Origin: a virus
Reading direction: 5' to 3' (one strand)
Virus record (IMG/VR): IMGVR_UViG_3300014720_000030
Span: 11,547-75,546 of that record
Length of the DNA: 64,000 bases
The notes under the pieces are model-generated. The model searched no databases. It had not been told where the DNA came from and worked only from the letters and a program-made list of their open reading frames with translations. Both the position numbers and the translations under genes were made by a program. Positions within the stretch are counted from its first letter, which is position 1. Each line of letters opens with the position of its first letter. Positions 1-8,753 of this stretch are shown in pieces.

Positions 1-429
1 TGGTTTATGACCAATTTTATTTAAATCAACAATGCGACTTAAATCTTTTTTAGATTCTGGATCTTGTACTGTTACGGGATATTCTGATCCGTATGATGCA
101 ATTCTAGAATAAACAATCAATGCATCTCGATCTTGCGGTGATAAATCTTTTGATTTGATAGGCGTTAATAAGATTGCATCAATAAGTTTATCAAACAAGA
201 TTCCAGATTGCAAATAACTCGAATTGGTTAAAATATCCTCATCATATGCAGTCATATAACGTATTTCTACTTTGCCTTCTCGCAACAAACTAGATTTAGG
301 ATAAATCAATCCTTTACTTGGTAGATTGATTACGATGCTAGGTAATTTGCTTTTTTGTTGATTTTCATATTGCTGACGAGCAATATTTACGATGTCTTGA
401 TTTGCTAAACGTGTTGTCACTTTACTCAT
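1..429 (-). CDS. Baseplate hub assembly protein, T4 gp26-like (partial; 3' end runs off window)
   Basis: Not in ORF track. Manual translation MSKVTTRLANQD...INLPSKGLIYP...VEIRYMTAYDEDILT...DRDALIVYSRIASYG fits the LPSKG/MTAxDEDIL pattern; downstream of tail tube; AAGGA upstream. Confidence 0.7.
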   Translation of the reverse strand, partial: MSKVTTRLANQDIVNIARQQYENQQKSKLPSIVINLPSKGLIYPKSSLLREGKVEIRYMTAYDEDILTNSSYLQSGILFDKLIDAILLTPIKSKDLSPQDRDALIVYSRIASYGSEYPVTVQDPESKKDLSRIVDLNKIGHKP

Positions 430-450
430 TATTTCCTTTATAACTTAATT

Positions 451-470
451 AAAGGGGGCTTTCGCCCCCG
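451..470 (-). terminator. Intrinsic terminator after tail tube gene
   Basis: GGGGGC-GAAA-GCCCCC followed by TTT on minus strand. Confidence 0.75.
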
Positions 471-483
471 TGTTGTTTTTTTA

Positions 484-1005
484 TTAGAAGTTCAAGAACG
501 CATAATCATATCGGATAGTCAATTCAATTTCTTGAACTGCATCTGATGTCCAATCAAATGTTCCAAACGCTGCATCCGTGATGAATGCTCCACTTAATAC
601 CCATTCTTCAATAATCTCACCTAATGGTGAAAGTTGATGAAGTTTAATTTCTTTTTTATAAAATGTAGAATAACCATTACGTCCCGTTTTAGATTCATGA
701 TGCAAACGAACCCATTCCATTACTGATTGTGCTGCAGATGGAACAATTGCATCATACAATGTCATTGTAATGGTACTCCATTCTGATTTGCCTTTTACGT
801 AACGTTTAACGTTAATCATGTCCAATGCAACTTCGCCGTTTGTAATAGTCGGTTTTCCAGATGCTTTAACTAGGTGCGATGGAATATCATCAACTACCAA
901 TATAAATTGATGTTGCCGTTTTGGTTCCCAATTATATGCCAAGTTAAATAAATCAGCACCTTCGTAATTGTCTAATTGTCCGTTTAAATAATCTCCTAAT
1001 GCCAT
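484..1005 (-). CDS. gp19: Tail tube protein (T4 gp19-like)
   Basis: EPKRQHQF, YVKGKSEWSTITMTLYD, EEWVLSGAF, IELTIRYDYA; directly downstream of sheath. Confidence 0.9.
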   Translation of the reverse strand: MALGDYLNGQLDNYEGADLFNLAYNWEPKRQHQFILVVDDIPSHLVKASGKPTITNGEVALDMINVKRYVKGKSEWSTITMTLYDAIVPSAAQSVMEWVRLHHESKTGRNGYSTFYKKEIKLHQLSPLGEIIEEWVLSGAFITDAAFGTFDWTSDAVQEIELTIRYDYAFLNF

Positions 1006-1025
1006 TTTTGGTCCTTTTATTTATT

Positions 1026-1033
1026 ATAAATAT
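1026..1033 (-). promoter_or_regulatory. Putative late promoter ATATTTAT (tube)
   Basis: Recurring intergenic octamer 20 nt upstream of ATG. Confidence 0.7.
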
Positions 1034-1042
1034 CAGCAACAT

Positions 1043-1072
1043 AAAAAAAGGTAGAACTAAAGTCCTACCTTT
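1043..1072 (-). terminator. Intrinsic terminator after sheath gene
   Basis: AAAGGTAGGACT-TT-AGTTCTACCTTT followed by T run. Confidence 0.75.
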
Positions 1073-1091
1073 CTAAATTTTTATTTAACGA

Positions 1092-3566
1092 TTATGCTCC
1101 TCCCGGGAAAGCTGCACCTGTTGCTTGAATATTAAAATCCAACACAATAAATTCAGCCGTACGAGTTGGTTGCAAAAAGATTTGTCCGTAAAGGATATTT
1201 TGATCAATTAAATCCGGGGTATTATTTGTTTGATCCATAATAACTCGGAATGCATATAATCCTTGACGAGCTTTTACTCCTTCCATATACGGATTCACAA
1301 TGTTTAAGAATCTGCTTCTTGTAGCTGTGGTGTTTTGTTCAAATACCAAAAATCTAGTTGAAGATGCAATAAACTTTTTAAGTTCGATTAGCAAACGACG
1401 AACATTGATTCGATCTAATGCACTTGGACGAGCTTGCAATGTCTTTTGACCAAATACCACTTTTCCTTGCACTGAGAAGTTTGCAATCGGATTAACTCGT
1501 GCTGCATACAATGTATCGCGATCTGCTTGAGTCAATTGCTTATATGTATTGTTTACGCCAATTAATCCGCCCCTAGTTAAACCAGCCGGTGCATACCATG
1601 GAGCCGCAGTTCTATCATTTTGTGCTAATACTCCTGCAATTCTTACTGAAGGTGGTACATACCAATCTCCCCCTTCGTAATTTTTAGAAACGCCTAACCA
1701 TGGCCAATATGTTGCAGTATAATTGCTATCTAAACCAGTTACTTGATTAACAACTGTTGCTATATTATCTGTTATTGCATTTGAATCCATAATATAAAAA
1801 GTGTCTTGTCGATTACTTGCCAATGTTCTTGCAGCTGATGTTACATTGGAATGCAAACTGTCAATGATTCCTGGTGTAACTAACATGTTCATATCATAGT
1901 AGTCTGTATTACTTAGCAAAGAGAATGCTTTGTTGTATGCAACTGTACCAGTACTGGTTGAAGTTGAACAATCAAATCCAAAACTGTTTGTAGCAGTAAT
2001 GTATTCTCCTGAATATTTTTTCTGATTTGGTTTTGCTCCATCAAATCCGCCTTGGAATGGTACAACAAAATTTCTTGTATCTAATTTAACATTGCTAGCA
2101 ATTGATCCTGATACTAATGCTGCCTCAATTGATCCGGTATAATATGCACTTGCAAGTCCCGGAGGAAAAGCAGCTATCGTAGCTTGTGCAACATTTCCTA
2201 AATAAAAGTCTGCATTGCTACCTGTATTAGAACCAGATGTTGGAATTGGTGCTAAATAATTAATATTATCTGGATTTGCTGCGCTAAAATCAAAATTAAA
2301 TCCGAAACATGTTGTTAATGCAGTTTGCGTAGTTTGATATGATGCTGATGGAAACAAGAAGCTTCCAGATAATGTTGCAATTGGTGAATTCAATGCACGG
2401 AATCCGAATGGTACATATGTTTTTGAATATGTTTTATTTGAAACACCTTTATCAACTTCTACCCGTACAAATTTTGATAAGTTAGGATAATCACCTGTTA
2501 TTACCAATTCATTTGCATTGTTAATACTTTGATAACGATCACCAATTTTCTTTACAATATAATTTGGAGATGCTGGATTCAAATTACAGTTTTGAAATAT
2601 TTCTACAACATCACGTAAACTGTCAGTGTCATTAGAAGAATATGGAGAACCTAATGCAGCAAGTTGTGTTTGATTTACTCGTCGCAATTCTACCGTAAAT
2701 GAACCATAGCCATCGGGATCACCAGTTTCTGTAGAAGTTCGTATATCGCGAATACCAACCTTAATTTCATAATTTACAGATGTTCCATGAGACAATGTAT
2801 GGAATCTAAACAAATCGTTGGTTACGGATCCGGCTTTTTGTGAAGTAATCCATGGAGTTGATGCAATGTTATAATCTTGCAAATATTCATGATTACTAAT
2901 GATTTGCATTGACATTGTAACTTTAGTAATATCTGCAAATAATGATGTTACTGTTTTGTTTTCATACTGAACATATACTGGATATTGATTTGAATTTGGT
3001 GATTTTCCAAAAACGGTTGTAATGTAATCATTTGCCGATGTTACAATCGATGCTGAAATGTTTGCAGTTTTTGCAAATGCTCCAGAAAATCCAATAGCCG
3101 AATCGGCACCATATGCATATGAACCAGATAGTGTTAATGCAAATCTGCCGTTAGTATCAGCATTTAATATTGATGTTTGAAATACATTGGTTGCTCCGTC
3201 GGTTGTAACGGGACGTGTTGGATGTAATATATGTGTTGCATATTTTACAGATGCAGACTCAGCACAAATTGCTAATGCTCCATTTGTTAACTTATATCCA
3301 TCTTCATATAATAAACGTGTTACTGTAATTACATTTCCACCTTTACTTAAATAATCATCAACAACGTGTGGCACATATGAATTTGGAGTAAAACTTCCAA
3401 ATATTGCCGTAAAGTCGTTCATTGATGAAATTTGCGTAGGGACTAGTGCAGGGCCTTTTACTGTTGGTCCTATCACAGCGGCACCTATTTGTGCAATTGC
3501 ACCTGGTAAAAACGATTGATCAATCTCTTTTGTAAATACCCCAGGTGATACTATTCTTTCTGCCAT
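1092..3566 (-). CDS. gp18: Contractile tail sheath protein (T4 gp18-like)
   Basis: N-terminal SPGVFTKEID; C-terminal PWYAPAGLTRG, FGQKTLQ, ALDRINVRRL, FEQN, PTRTAEFIVLDF. Confidence 0.95.
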   Translation of the reverse strand: MAERIVSPGVFTKEIDQSFLPGAIAQIGAAVIGPTVKGPALVPTQISSMNDFTAIFGSFTPNSYVPHVVDDYLSKGGNVITVTRLLYEDGYKLTNGALAICAESASVKYATHILHPTRPVTTDGATNVFQTSILNADTNGRFALTLSGSYAYGADSAIGFSGAFAKTANISASIVTSANDYITTVFGKSPNSNQYPVYVQYENKTVTSLFADITKVTMSMQIISNHEYLQDYNIASTPWITSQKAGSVTNDLFRFHTLSHGTSVNYEIKVGIRDIRTSTETGDPDGYGSFTVELRRVNQTQLAALGSPYSSNDTDSLRDVVEIFQNCNLNPASPNYIVKKIGDRYQSINNANELVITGDYPNLSKFVRVEVDKGVSNKTYSKTYVPFGFRALNSPIATLSGSFLFPSASYQTTQTALTTCFGFNFDFSAANPDNINYLAPIPTSGSNTGSNADFYLGNVAQATIAAFPPGLASAYYTGSIEAALVSGSIASNVKLDTRNFVVPFQGGFDGAKPNQKKYSGEYITATNSFGFDCSTSTSTGTVAYNKAFSLLSNTDYYDMNMLVTPGIIDSLHSNVTSAARTLASNRQDTFYIMDSNAITDNIATVVNQVTGLDSNYTATYWPWLGVSKNYEGGDWYVPPSVRIAGVLAQNDRTAAPWYAPAGLTRGGLIGVNNTYKQLTQADRDTLYAARVNPIANFSVQGKVVFGQKTLQARPSALDRINVRRLLIELKKFIASSTRFLVFEQNTTATRSRFLNIVNPYMEGVKARQGLYAFRVIMDQTNNTPDLIDQNILYGQIFLQPTRTAEFIVLDFNIQATGAAFPGGA

Positions 3567-3587
3567 TTAAACTCCTATGATTTTCTT

Positions 3588-3595
3588 ATAAATAT
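3588..3595 (-). promoter_or_regulatory. Putative late promoter ATATTTAT (sheath)
   Basis: Octamer upstream of AGGAG and ATG. Confidence 0.7.
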
Positions 3596-3614
3596 AAACA
3601 TCATTTGCCAAACC

Positions 3615-3884
3615 TTAGGCAGTTGGAGTAAATGTTCCTTGAGCAATATTTATTTCGCCATCGCCGTAACGTTCTCGCATCTTTTCTAAAAGTGCTTGTT
3701 CTTGTTTTTGCAAGTCGCTAAACGTTTGTATGTATTTTGCACGTTCTGCCTCTAACAAATCAAATCGTTGTTTTAGTGCATGTTCTTCAAGATAAATATT
3801 ACCTAATGTTTGTGAATTTTTTGCAAATGCATCGCGAAGCTGCGTAATTTCATCTACATGTTCTTTATCTAATTTTCGAGTCAT
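3615..3884 (-). CDS. Small coiled-coil hypothetical protein
   Basis: 89 aa heptad-rich, ending ERYGDGEINIAQGTF; own promoter upstream. Confidence 0.7.
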   Translation of the reverse strand: MTRKLDKEHVDEITQLRDAFAKNSQTLGNIYLEEHALKQRFDLLEAERAKYIQTFSDLQKQEQALLEKMRERYGDGEINIAQGTFTPTA

Positions 3885-3901
3885 AATAACCTTTTCTTGA
3901 T

Positions 3902-3930
3902 ATTATAAAGAATTTATATCAATTATCCAA
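3902..3930 (-). promoter_or_regulatory. Sigma70-like promoter TTGGAT-N17-TATAAT
   Basis: Exact 17-nt spacing; same motif recurs elsewhere in the window. Confidence 0.7.
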
Positions 3931-4170
3931 GCATTTCGGTTTTACTCATATTAATAGAAATGCCGTCTACTGACAAAAGGTCTCCGTTTACTACAAAGTC
4001 TTCTCGAGTAGTTAGCGGTGTTCGTACGTCGTAAAACCGCCGCAAACGTATAGATAATCTGGTAATGGAGGGGTAATGGTTGTTCCCATATAACTCAATA
4101 TATTATTGATGGATATGCCATCAATATATGTTATAGATCCAAATGCTGCACCGTTTATTGTTGTAACCAT
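3923..4170 (-). pseudogene. Interrupted or internally deleted fibre/beta-propeller-like gene (52 aa ORF 4012..4170 plus out-of-frame tail to 3923)
   Basis: TAAGGA then MVTTINGAAFGSITYIDG...YLYVCGGFTTYEHR*; the -1 frame continues TPLTTREDFVVNGDLLSVDGISINMSKTEMLG*. Confidence 0.45.
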
Positions 4171-4179
4171 ATTACATCC

Positions 4180-5535
4180 TTATAATTCAATCCATTCATT
4201 GGATGGTCTAAATTTCATTATCCATTCATCTCCTCCTCCACCACCATTATTCCAATAGCAGTGTCCTACAATTCTAACATATCCTGATGCAGGTACGGTT
4301 GTGTCCATTGTGGTTCCAGAACCTGACTTGATATATATTGGAAGGCCATAATCTGCATTATCGACTATAGGATACGGTGATCCAACAGAAACTACTACAT
4401 CACCTTCTATTATAACAGAACCAGTTTGTGAAAATATGTTTTTAGCTATTCCTAGCATTTTTGTTGAAGAGTCTGTAGTCTGATCTACTTGATACCATTG
4501 ACCGTCTGTGTTTAAATAAACCAAATCATTATCAACAACATTTGCATCAAAATACGACTCCCCTAGAATTTGTCCAGCATTATTGTTGTTTGCAAACAAA
4601 TTGACTCGTGTAGCTTCCCCAACGTATTGTTGATTGTACAAAAATGTTTCATATGTTCCCGAAAAACCGTTCCAATCCAATGCAGTTACACCAGTTATGT
4701 CTAATAATCCTCTATTTCCGAAATCTATACTAGCGCTAGCACCCTGGAATGGTGATCCATATAATTTGCGTTCATAATTTATATCATCTACTTTGATAGC
4801 ATCATATGGACCCATGTCGGGAATAAATGGTGGAGAACCTGGAATTAAATCTCCTCGTACAATGAATGACCCAGATTCTATAATTACACCTGATTGCCAA
4901 TTAAGTACTGGGTATTCACTACTGTTTTTAAGTTGTCGGGTACCCCAATCTATAGAAGTTCTAATTCCAGTAGAATCGACAGTCCATCGATTCTGCCAAT
5001 CGATTGAGGTTTTAGCGCTAGTATCAATCGCAATTCGGTCTTGCCAATTAACAGAAAGACTAGAACCAGTGTCTCGCAATAGTCCTGCATTCCAATTGAC
5101 TGTAAAATCGCCTGGACCATTATCAAACTTAAGCAATCGATTATTCCAATCAACAGATTGTGATGCATTTGCATCATACATGCTTCGTAAAACGTCCCAA
5201 CGCACCGAAAAATTTCCATTGGAATCAAACAATGTTCTGCTATCCCAATTCACAGAATCTTCCGTGCTGCCTGGTATAGGACCAGATCCAATCAATATTT
5301 TATTGGTACCATCGATACTGTCTAACACACTGAATGATCCAGTTACTCCTAATGAACCTGTAATCTCTGCACTTCCGGTGTATGGAAATGCAGGTGTACT
5401 TGGAGCATACGAAGCAGATAATGCTTGTGTTGCGTATGAAGCAGTACCTAATAAACTTCCAGTTATGCTTGGAGCATACAATGAATTTAACGTGGCATCA
5501 GAGCCAGACGTTATGATCTTTTTCCATGATGGCAT
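4180..5535 (-). CDS. Tail fibre/virion appendage protein with S(V/I)(N/D)W repeats
   Basis: MPSWKK start, TGS/SAS-rich shaft, about 8 imperfect 15-17 aa repeats SVNWxxRxLxD. Confidence 0.65.
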   Translation of the reverse strand: MPSWKKIITSGSDATLNSLYAPSITGSLLGTASYATQALSASYAPSTPAFPYTGSAEITGSLGVTGSFSVLDSIDGTNKILIGSGPIPGSTEDSVNWDSRTLFDSNGNFSVRWDVLRSMYDANASQSVDWNNRLLKFDNGPGDFTVNWNAGLLRDTGSSLSVNWQDRIAIDTSAKTSIDWQNRWTVDSTGIRTSIDWGTRQLKNSSEYPVLNWQSGVIIESGSFIVRGDLIPGSPPFIPDMGPYDAIKVDDINYERKLYGSPFQGASASIDFGNRGLLDITGVTALDWNGFSGTYETFLYNQQYVGEATRVNLFANNNNAGQILGESYFDANVVDNDLVYLNTDGQWYQVDQTTDSSTKMLGIAKNIFSQTGSVIIEGDVVVSVGSPYPIVDNADYGLPIYIKSGSGTTMDTTVPASGYVRIVGHCYWNNGGGGGDEWIMKFRPSNEWIEL

Positions 5536-5550
5536 ATCATTTTCCTTTTG

Positions 5551-5612
5551 TGTTGTGGTTGGTTACAGACACTTATGCCGTGCGTGTGCCCACTTCCTTG
5601 CGGCCTACAACA
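5551..5612 (-). ncRNA. Candidate structured cis-regulatory leader RNA
   Basis: GC-rich island between late promoter and SD; TGTTGT/ACAACA closing stem, CC-GCAA-GG hairpin, GGCAC/GTGTC stem. Confidence 0.5.
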
Positions 5613-5618
5613 TTTATA

Positions 5619-5626
5619 ATAAATAT
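5619..5626 (-). promoter_or_regulatory. Putative late promoter ATATTTAT
   Basis: Octamer 6 nt upstream of the structured leader. Confidence 0.7.
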
Positions 5627-5802
5627 CATTGTTTTAGATATTGTTCTTGCAATTTCAATATGATATTGTAGAATGTTTCTACTTGTTCTCCACGAATAGA
5701 CACATCTTTAAGCAGCATCAACAAAAATTCAATTTCTTGTTTTGTTAATTGTGATGCTGTTTGTGTTTCTGCTTTTGATTTTAATTTGTCAATTATGCTC
5801 AT
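5626..5802 (-). CDS. Small hypothetical protein
   Basis: Likely start MSIIDKLK (AAAGTTATG context) rather than 5835. Confidence 0.7.
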   Translation of the reverse strand: MSIIDKLKSKAETQTASQLTKQEIEFLLMLLKDVSIRGEQVETFYNIILKLQEQYLKQ

Positions 5803-5809
5803 AACTTTT

Positions 5810-6640
5810 TTAAGAATAAATGTAAATATCTCCACTCAATGTATCAACATGAATTGTACCATGGCCATTGCCTGAGCCACCGTATATTGGTGCTGGAGAT
5901 GGTGCAGCTGTGCTTGTTTCTACTGCTCCTGCATATACCGACGGTACAAATGAATTGCCCGTGGCATCGAATGATGAAGTAAATCCCCATCGCGTAGTAC
6001 CAGAATCATATCCATACAATTCACCAATATTTTGAGTACCTTGTTGTACAACAATACCACCATCTCCTGCAGTATTAGATCCAGATGCAAACAATACAAA
6101 CCGATCTGCAACAAGCAAGTTTGCAGTGTTTTGAAATGATGCAGTACCTAATACAACCAAATCGCCTGTCAATGTTAATCCAACAAACGACGGTGAATCT
6201 GTTGTTTCTAATCCTAAATCGATTGTCGACCCAGCTACGCCATTTGTTGTTAATAAAGCCTGACCCTGTCCTGGGCTAGATAACACTGATGCAGATACTA
6301 CTGTACTACCTGCTAATATTTGTGTTTGAGTTACGCTACCACCTAATGATGTTGCATTACCTGCAATTGTTATAGATGAATTTGCTAAACTACCATTTGG
6401 AATGCTACCTAATGTAAATGTAATTGTATCTGAACCGGCATTTCCTGAAATATCTAATCCGGCGCCAGATGCAGATGCAAATGTTAATGTATCTACTGCA
6501 CTATCTGCTAATACATTCGTACCGTTAATGGACATCGTAACAAATGAATTTTGTGCAGTTACTGATGTTAAATATCCAGCATCATTATTTAATTGGGAAA
6601 TATTACTTCCCGATACTACTACTTTTTTCCAAGTTGCCAT
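5810..6640 (-). CDS. Tail fibre-like virion protein
   Basis: MATWKKVVVSGS start, Gly/Ser/Thr-rich beta-type sequence; late promoter at 6661-6668. Confidence 0.65.
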   Translation of the reverse strand: MATWKKVVVSGSNISQLNNDAGYLTSVTAQNSFVTMSINGTNVLADSAVDTLTFASASGAGLDISGNAGSDTITFTLGSIPNGSLANSSITIAGNATSLGGSVTQTQILAGSTVVSASVLSSPGQGQALLTTNGVAGSTIDLGLETTDSPSFVGLTLTGDLVVLGTASFQNTANLLVADRFVLFASGSNTAGDGGIVVQQGTQNIGELYGYDSGTTRWGFTSSFDATGNSFVPSVYAGAVETSTAAPSPAPIYGGSGNGHGTIHVDTLSGDIYIYS

Positions 6641-6673
6641 GTTTTATGTTCCTATTTTATATAAATATAAGCA

Positions 6674-7003
6674 TCAATCTAAACCTACAAAAAAAGATGC
6701 AGATGTAAAATATAATGCACCATTAGGTGCTGTTCCTGCAGGATCTAAACTTTGTGTTGCTACTACTATAGTGCCACTTTGTGATACTGTTAATACGGGT
6801 TGATTATTAAAGTTTTTAATTAAAAATATATCATTAACATCACTTTTAATTTCTAAAGAGCCTGTAATTACAGCACTACCTGAAAACGGAAACAACGATC
6901 CGCCGCCGCCGTTAAGTGCAAATGAAGCTGTCACTGCATAACTTGAAGATATATTATACAACGAACCGGTTTGTAATTGCCCGGGTCTAAACTGCCGTGC
7001 CAT
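6674..7003 (-). CDS. Short fibre-like virion protein
   Basis: Likely start MARQFRPGQLQTGS behind GGGAGGTG SD; TGS/SGS/SAS-rich. Confidence 0.6.
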   Translation of the reverse strand: MARQFRPGQLQTGSLYNISSSYAVTASFALNGGGGSLFPFSGSAVITGSLEIKSDVNDIFLIKNFNNQPVLTVSQSGTIVVATQSLDPAGTAPNGALYFTSASFFVGLD

Positions 7004-8226
7004 TAAGCCCACCTCCCTTTAACTACAACAACATCTTGTGCAGTTAATGTATATCCTAACGTTGCAGTATTGAATATGATTGTTTGTGCGGCAACGTCGC
7101 TAGGTGTCCACGTATATACTATTTTATCAATATATTGACCGTTAATAAATACATCAAATTCATTTTTGCTAGCAACTGTAGTCGTAACTGGATTAATTGC
7201 AGCAAATGCTGATATGCTTACGGTAGTTCCAGAAACATAGGTTGCAATTTGTTCTGTAATGTTTGTTAGGTAATTCATTGCTTGTGCATTGATGCTAACA
7301 TTAACACCTCCGCCGGATATAATTGCAGTGCCGCCACTCATTATATTAGTTTGCAGTTGTAACAACTGAGTTGGAATTTCTAATGTTTCAAATATGTTGT
7401 TATCAACATCAACAACTTGATCGAATGTTACTTTCTTTATAGAATACATTTTTTTAATAGTTGACATTCGAACTTCTTGTTCTGATAACAATGTTCCTAA
7501 AACAGACAATGGTATTGTTGCACGGACTAATCTATCCTCTCCAATCGTATTTACCGTTTCAAATGATATTGATCCAATAGTTGTAGGAAATTTATTTGCA
7601 TCATTTCCCCAAGAAAACCGACCATATGGTAAAATTTGATCAACTAATTCGTTCATTTGAGTGGTAAAATCACACCACAACATCATATCATATTCTACAG
7701 TAACATATTTTGGTATATCAATAATATAAAATTGTTCTGATGGTTGCGGATTATTTTTTGGAATTGGAAACAATTCATCTTCATATCTATTTCTAGAATT
7801 ATATTTACTTCGATGTACTATGTAGTTTGCTGCATTAGGTCTATTCACATCCAATGTTTTTTGTGCATCTCTTTCTCCTACGGAATTACGTTTTAGCATA
7901 ATTAATGGAGATTGCAACATGCCCTTTTCATCACGTAAATAGCCTAATCTGCGGACATTATCCCATTTTTCTCCGTTTGAAAATATTACTGGGACTGGTA
8001 TTAATTCTTTATTTGCAGTTACTTGTGGTTGAATTTCATTTTCAATATACCATTTAATTGCAAAATCAATATCGTAAATTGTACGTTGTTTTGTTCGTAC
8101 AACATCATCATCTCGACGAGTTTGCATTGCTCTATTTAACAATAGATCAGGAGTTATTCCTTCCGTTCTTTGCGGATTTGGGTTGTTTGTTTTTCTATCA
8201 ATATCCTGTCTATTTAATCTAGGCAT
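7003..8226 (-). CDS. Tail completion/sheath terminator protein (T4 gp15-like)
   Basis: DIDFAI, VPVIFSNGEKW, PLIMLKR motifs; follows neck genes as in T4 13-14-15. Confidence 0.6.
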   Translation of the reverse strand: MPRLNRQDIDRKTNNPNPQRTEGITPDLLLNRAMQTRRDDDVVRTKQRTIYDIDFAIKWYIENEIQPQVTANKELIPVPVIFSNGEKWDNVRRLGYLRDEKGMLQSPLIMLKRNSVGERDAQKTLDVNRPNAANYIVHRSKYNSRNRYEDELFPIPKNNPQPSEQFYIIDIPKYVTVEYDMMLWCDFTTQMNELVDQILPYGRFSWGNDANKFPTTIGSISFETVNTIGEDRLVRATIPLSVLGTLLSEQEVRMSTIKKMYSIKKVTFDQVVDVDNNIFETLEIPTQLLQLQTNIMSGGTAIISGGGVNVSINAQAMNYLTNITEQIATYVSGTTVSISAFAAINPVTTTVASKNEFDVFINGQYIDKIVYTWTPSDVAAQTIIFNTATLGYTLTAQDVVVVKGRWA

Positions 8227-8228
8227 TA

Positions 8229-8744
8229 TTATCCTTTAAATGAAAATGCATTATTTCCGCCACGTCTTAAATTTTTAATACCCAGTGGGGTCTGACGCGT
8301 TGCATGTGCATTACACATAACGGAAACGCTATAACCATGGGTATCACCATTTGGCCACGTTTCTGGATTTTTTCCTACAAAGTATTTGTTTGCATCAATG
8401 TTATCCAATTCATAATATTCGTTATCCCAAAATACAATATCTCCAGCTTCTGGATAAAATCCTGCTCGTTCTAATAAATCTCGCGAAATGCCAAATGTTA
8501 ATGTACGAGTATATGAATGGCCATAATCATCCATCGTAGCAGATTTATCATCTTTTGTAATCATGCATGGTAATAGTATAGAATCATAATATGATTTAGA
8601 ATCAGATTCTCCGTATATATTAGATTCCGTTGTATCTAAAATCAGTTTATAAAATTCAATTTCGGTATCAACAACTGCATTGATTATTTCTCTGTTAATT
8701 GATGCTAAAAATTTAGCATCTCGCATTGTTCCAAATAGTGCCAT
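8229..8744 (-). CDS. Head closure/neck protein (T4 gp14-like)
   Basis: NIYGESDSKSY, FYPEAGDIVFW..YYEL; synteny. Confidence 0.65.
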   Translation of the reverse strand: MALFGTMRDAKFLASINREIINAVVDTEIEFYKLILDTTESNIYGESDSKSYYDSILLPCMITKDDKSATMDDYGHSYTRTLTFGISRDLLERAGFYPEAGDIVFWDNEYYELDNIDANKYFVGKNPETWPNGDTHGYSVSVMCNAHATRQTPLGIKNLRRGGNNAFSFKG

Positions 8745-8753
8745 AATTTCTCC

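Noticed and set aside
1025-1032. Plus-strand TATAAATA as canonical T4 late promoters
   Set aside because: They would point away from the adjacent genes, and orientation tracks gene strand as ATATTTAT
5551-5612. c-di-GMP-II riboswitch or tRNA identity for the leader RNA
   Set aside because: Only partial word matches (UGGGCAC, AACC); kink-turn/pseudoknot and cloverleaf features not evident
4793-5671. 292 aa plus-strand ORF and the many other antisense ORFs in the track
   Set aside because: Shadows of well-supported opposite-strand genes; no motifs or start signals
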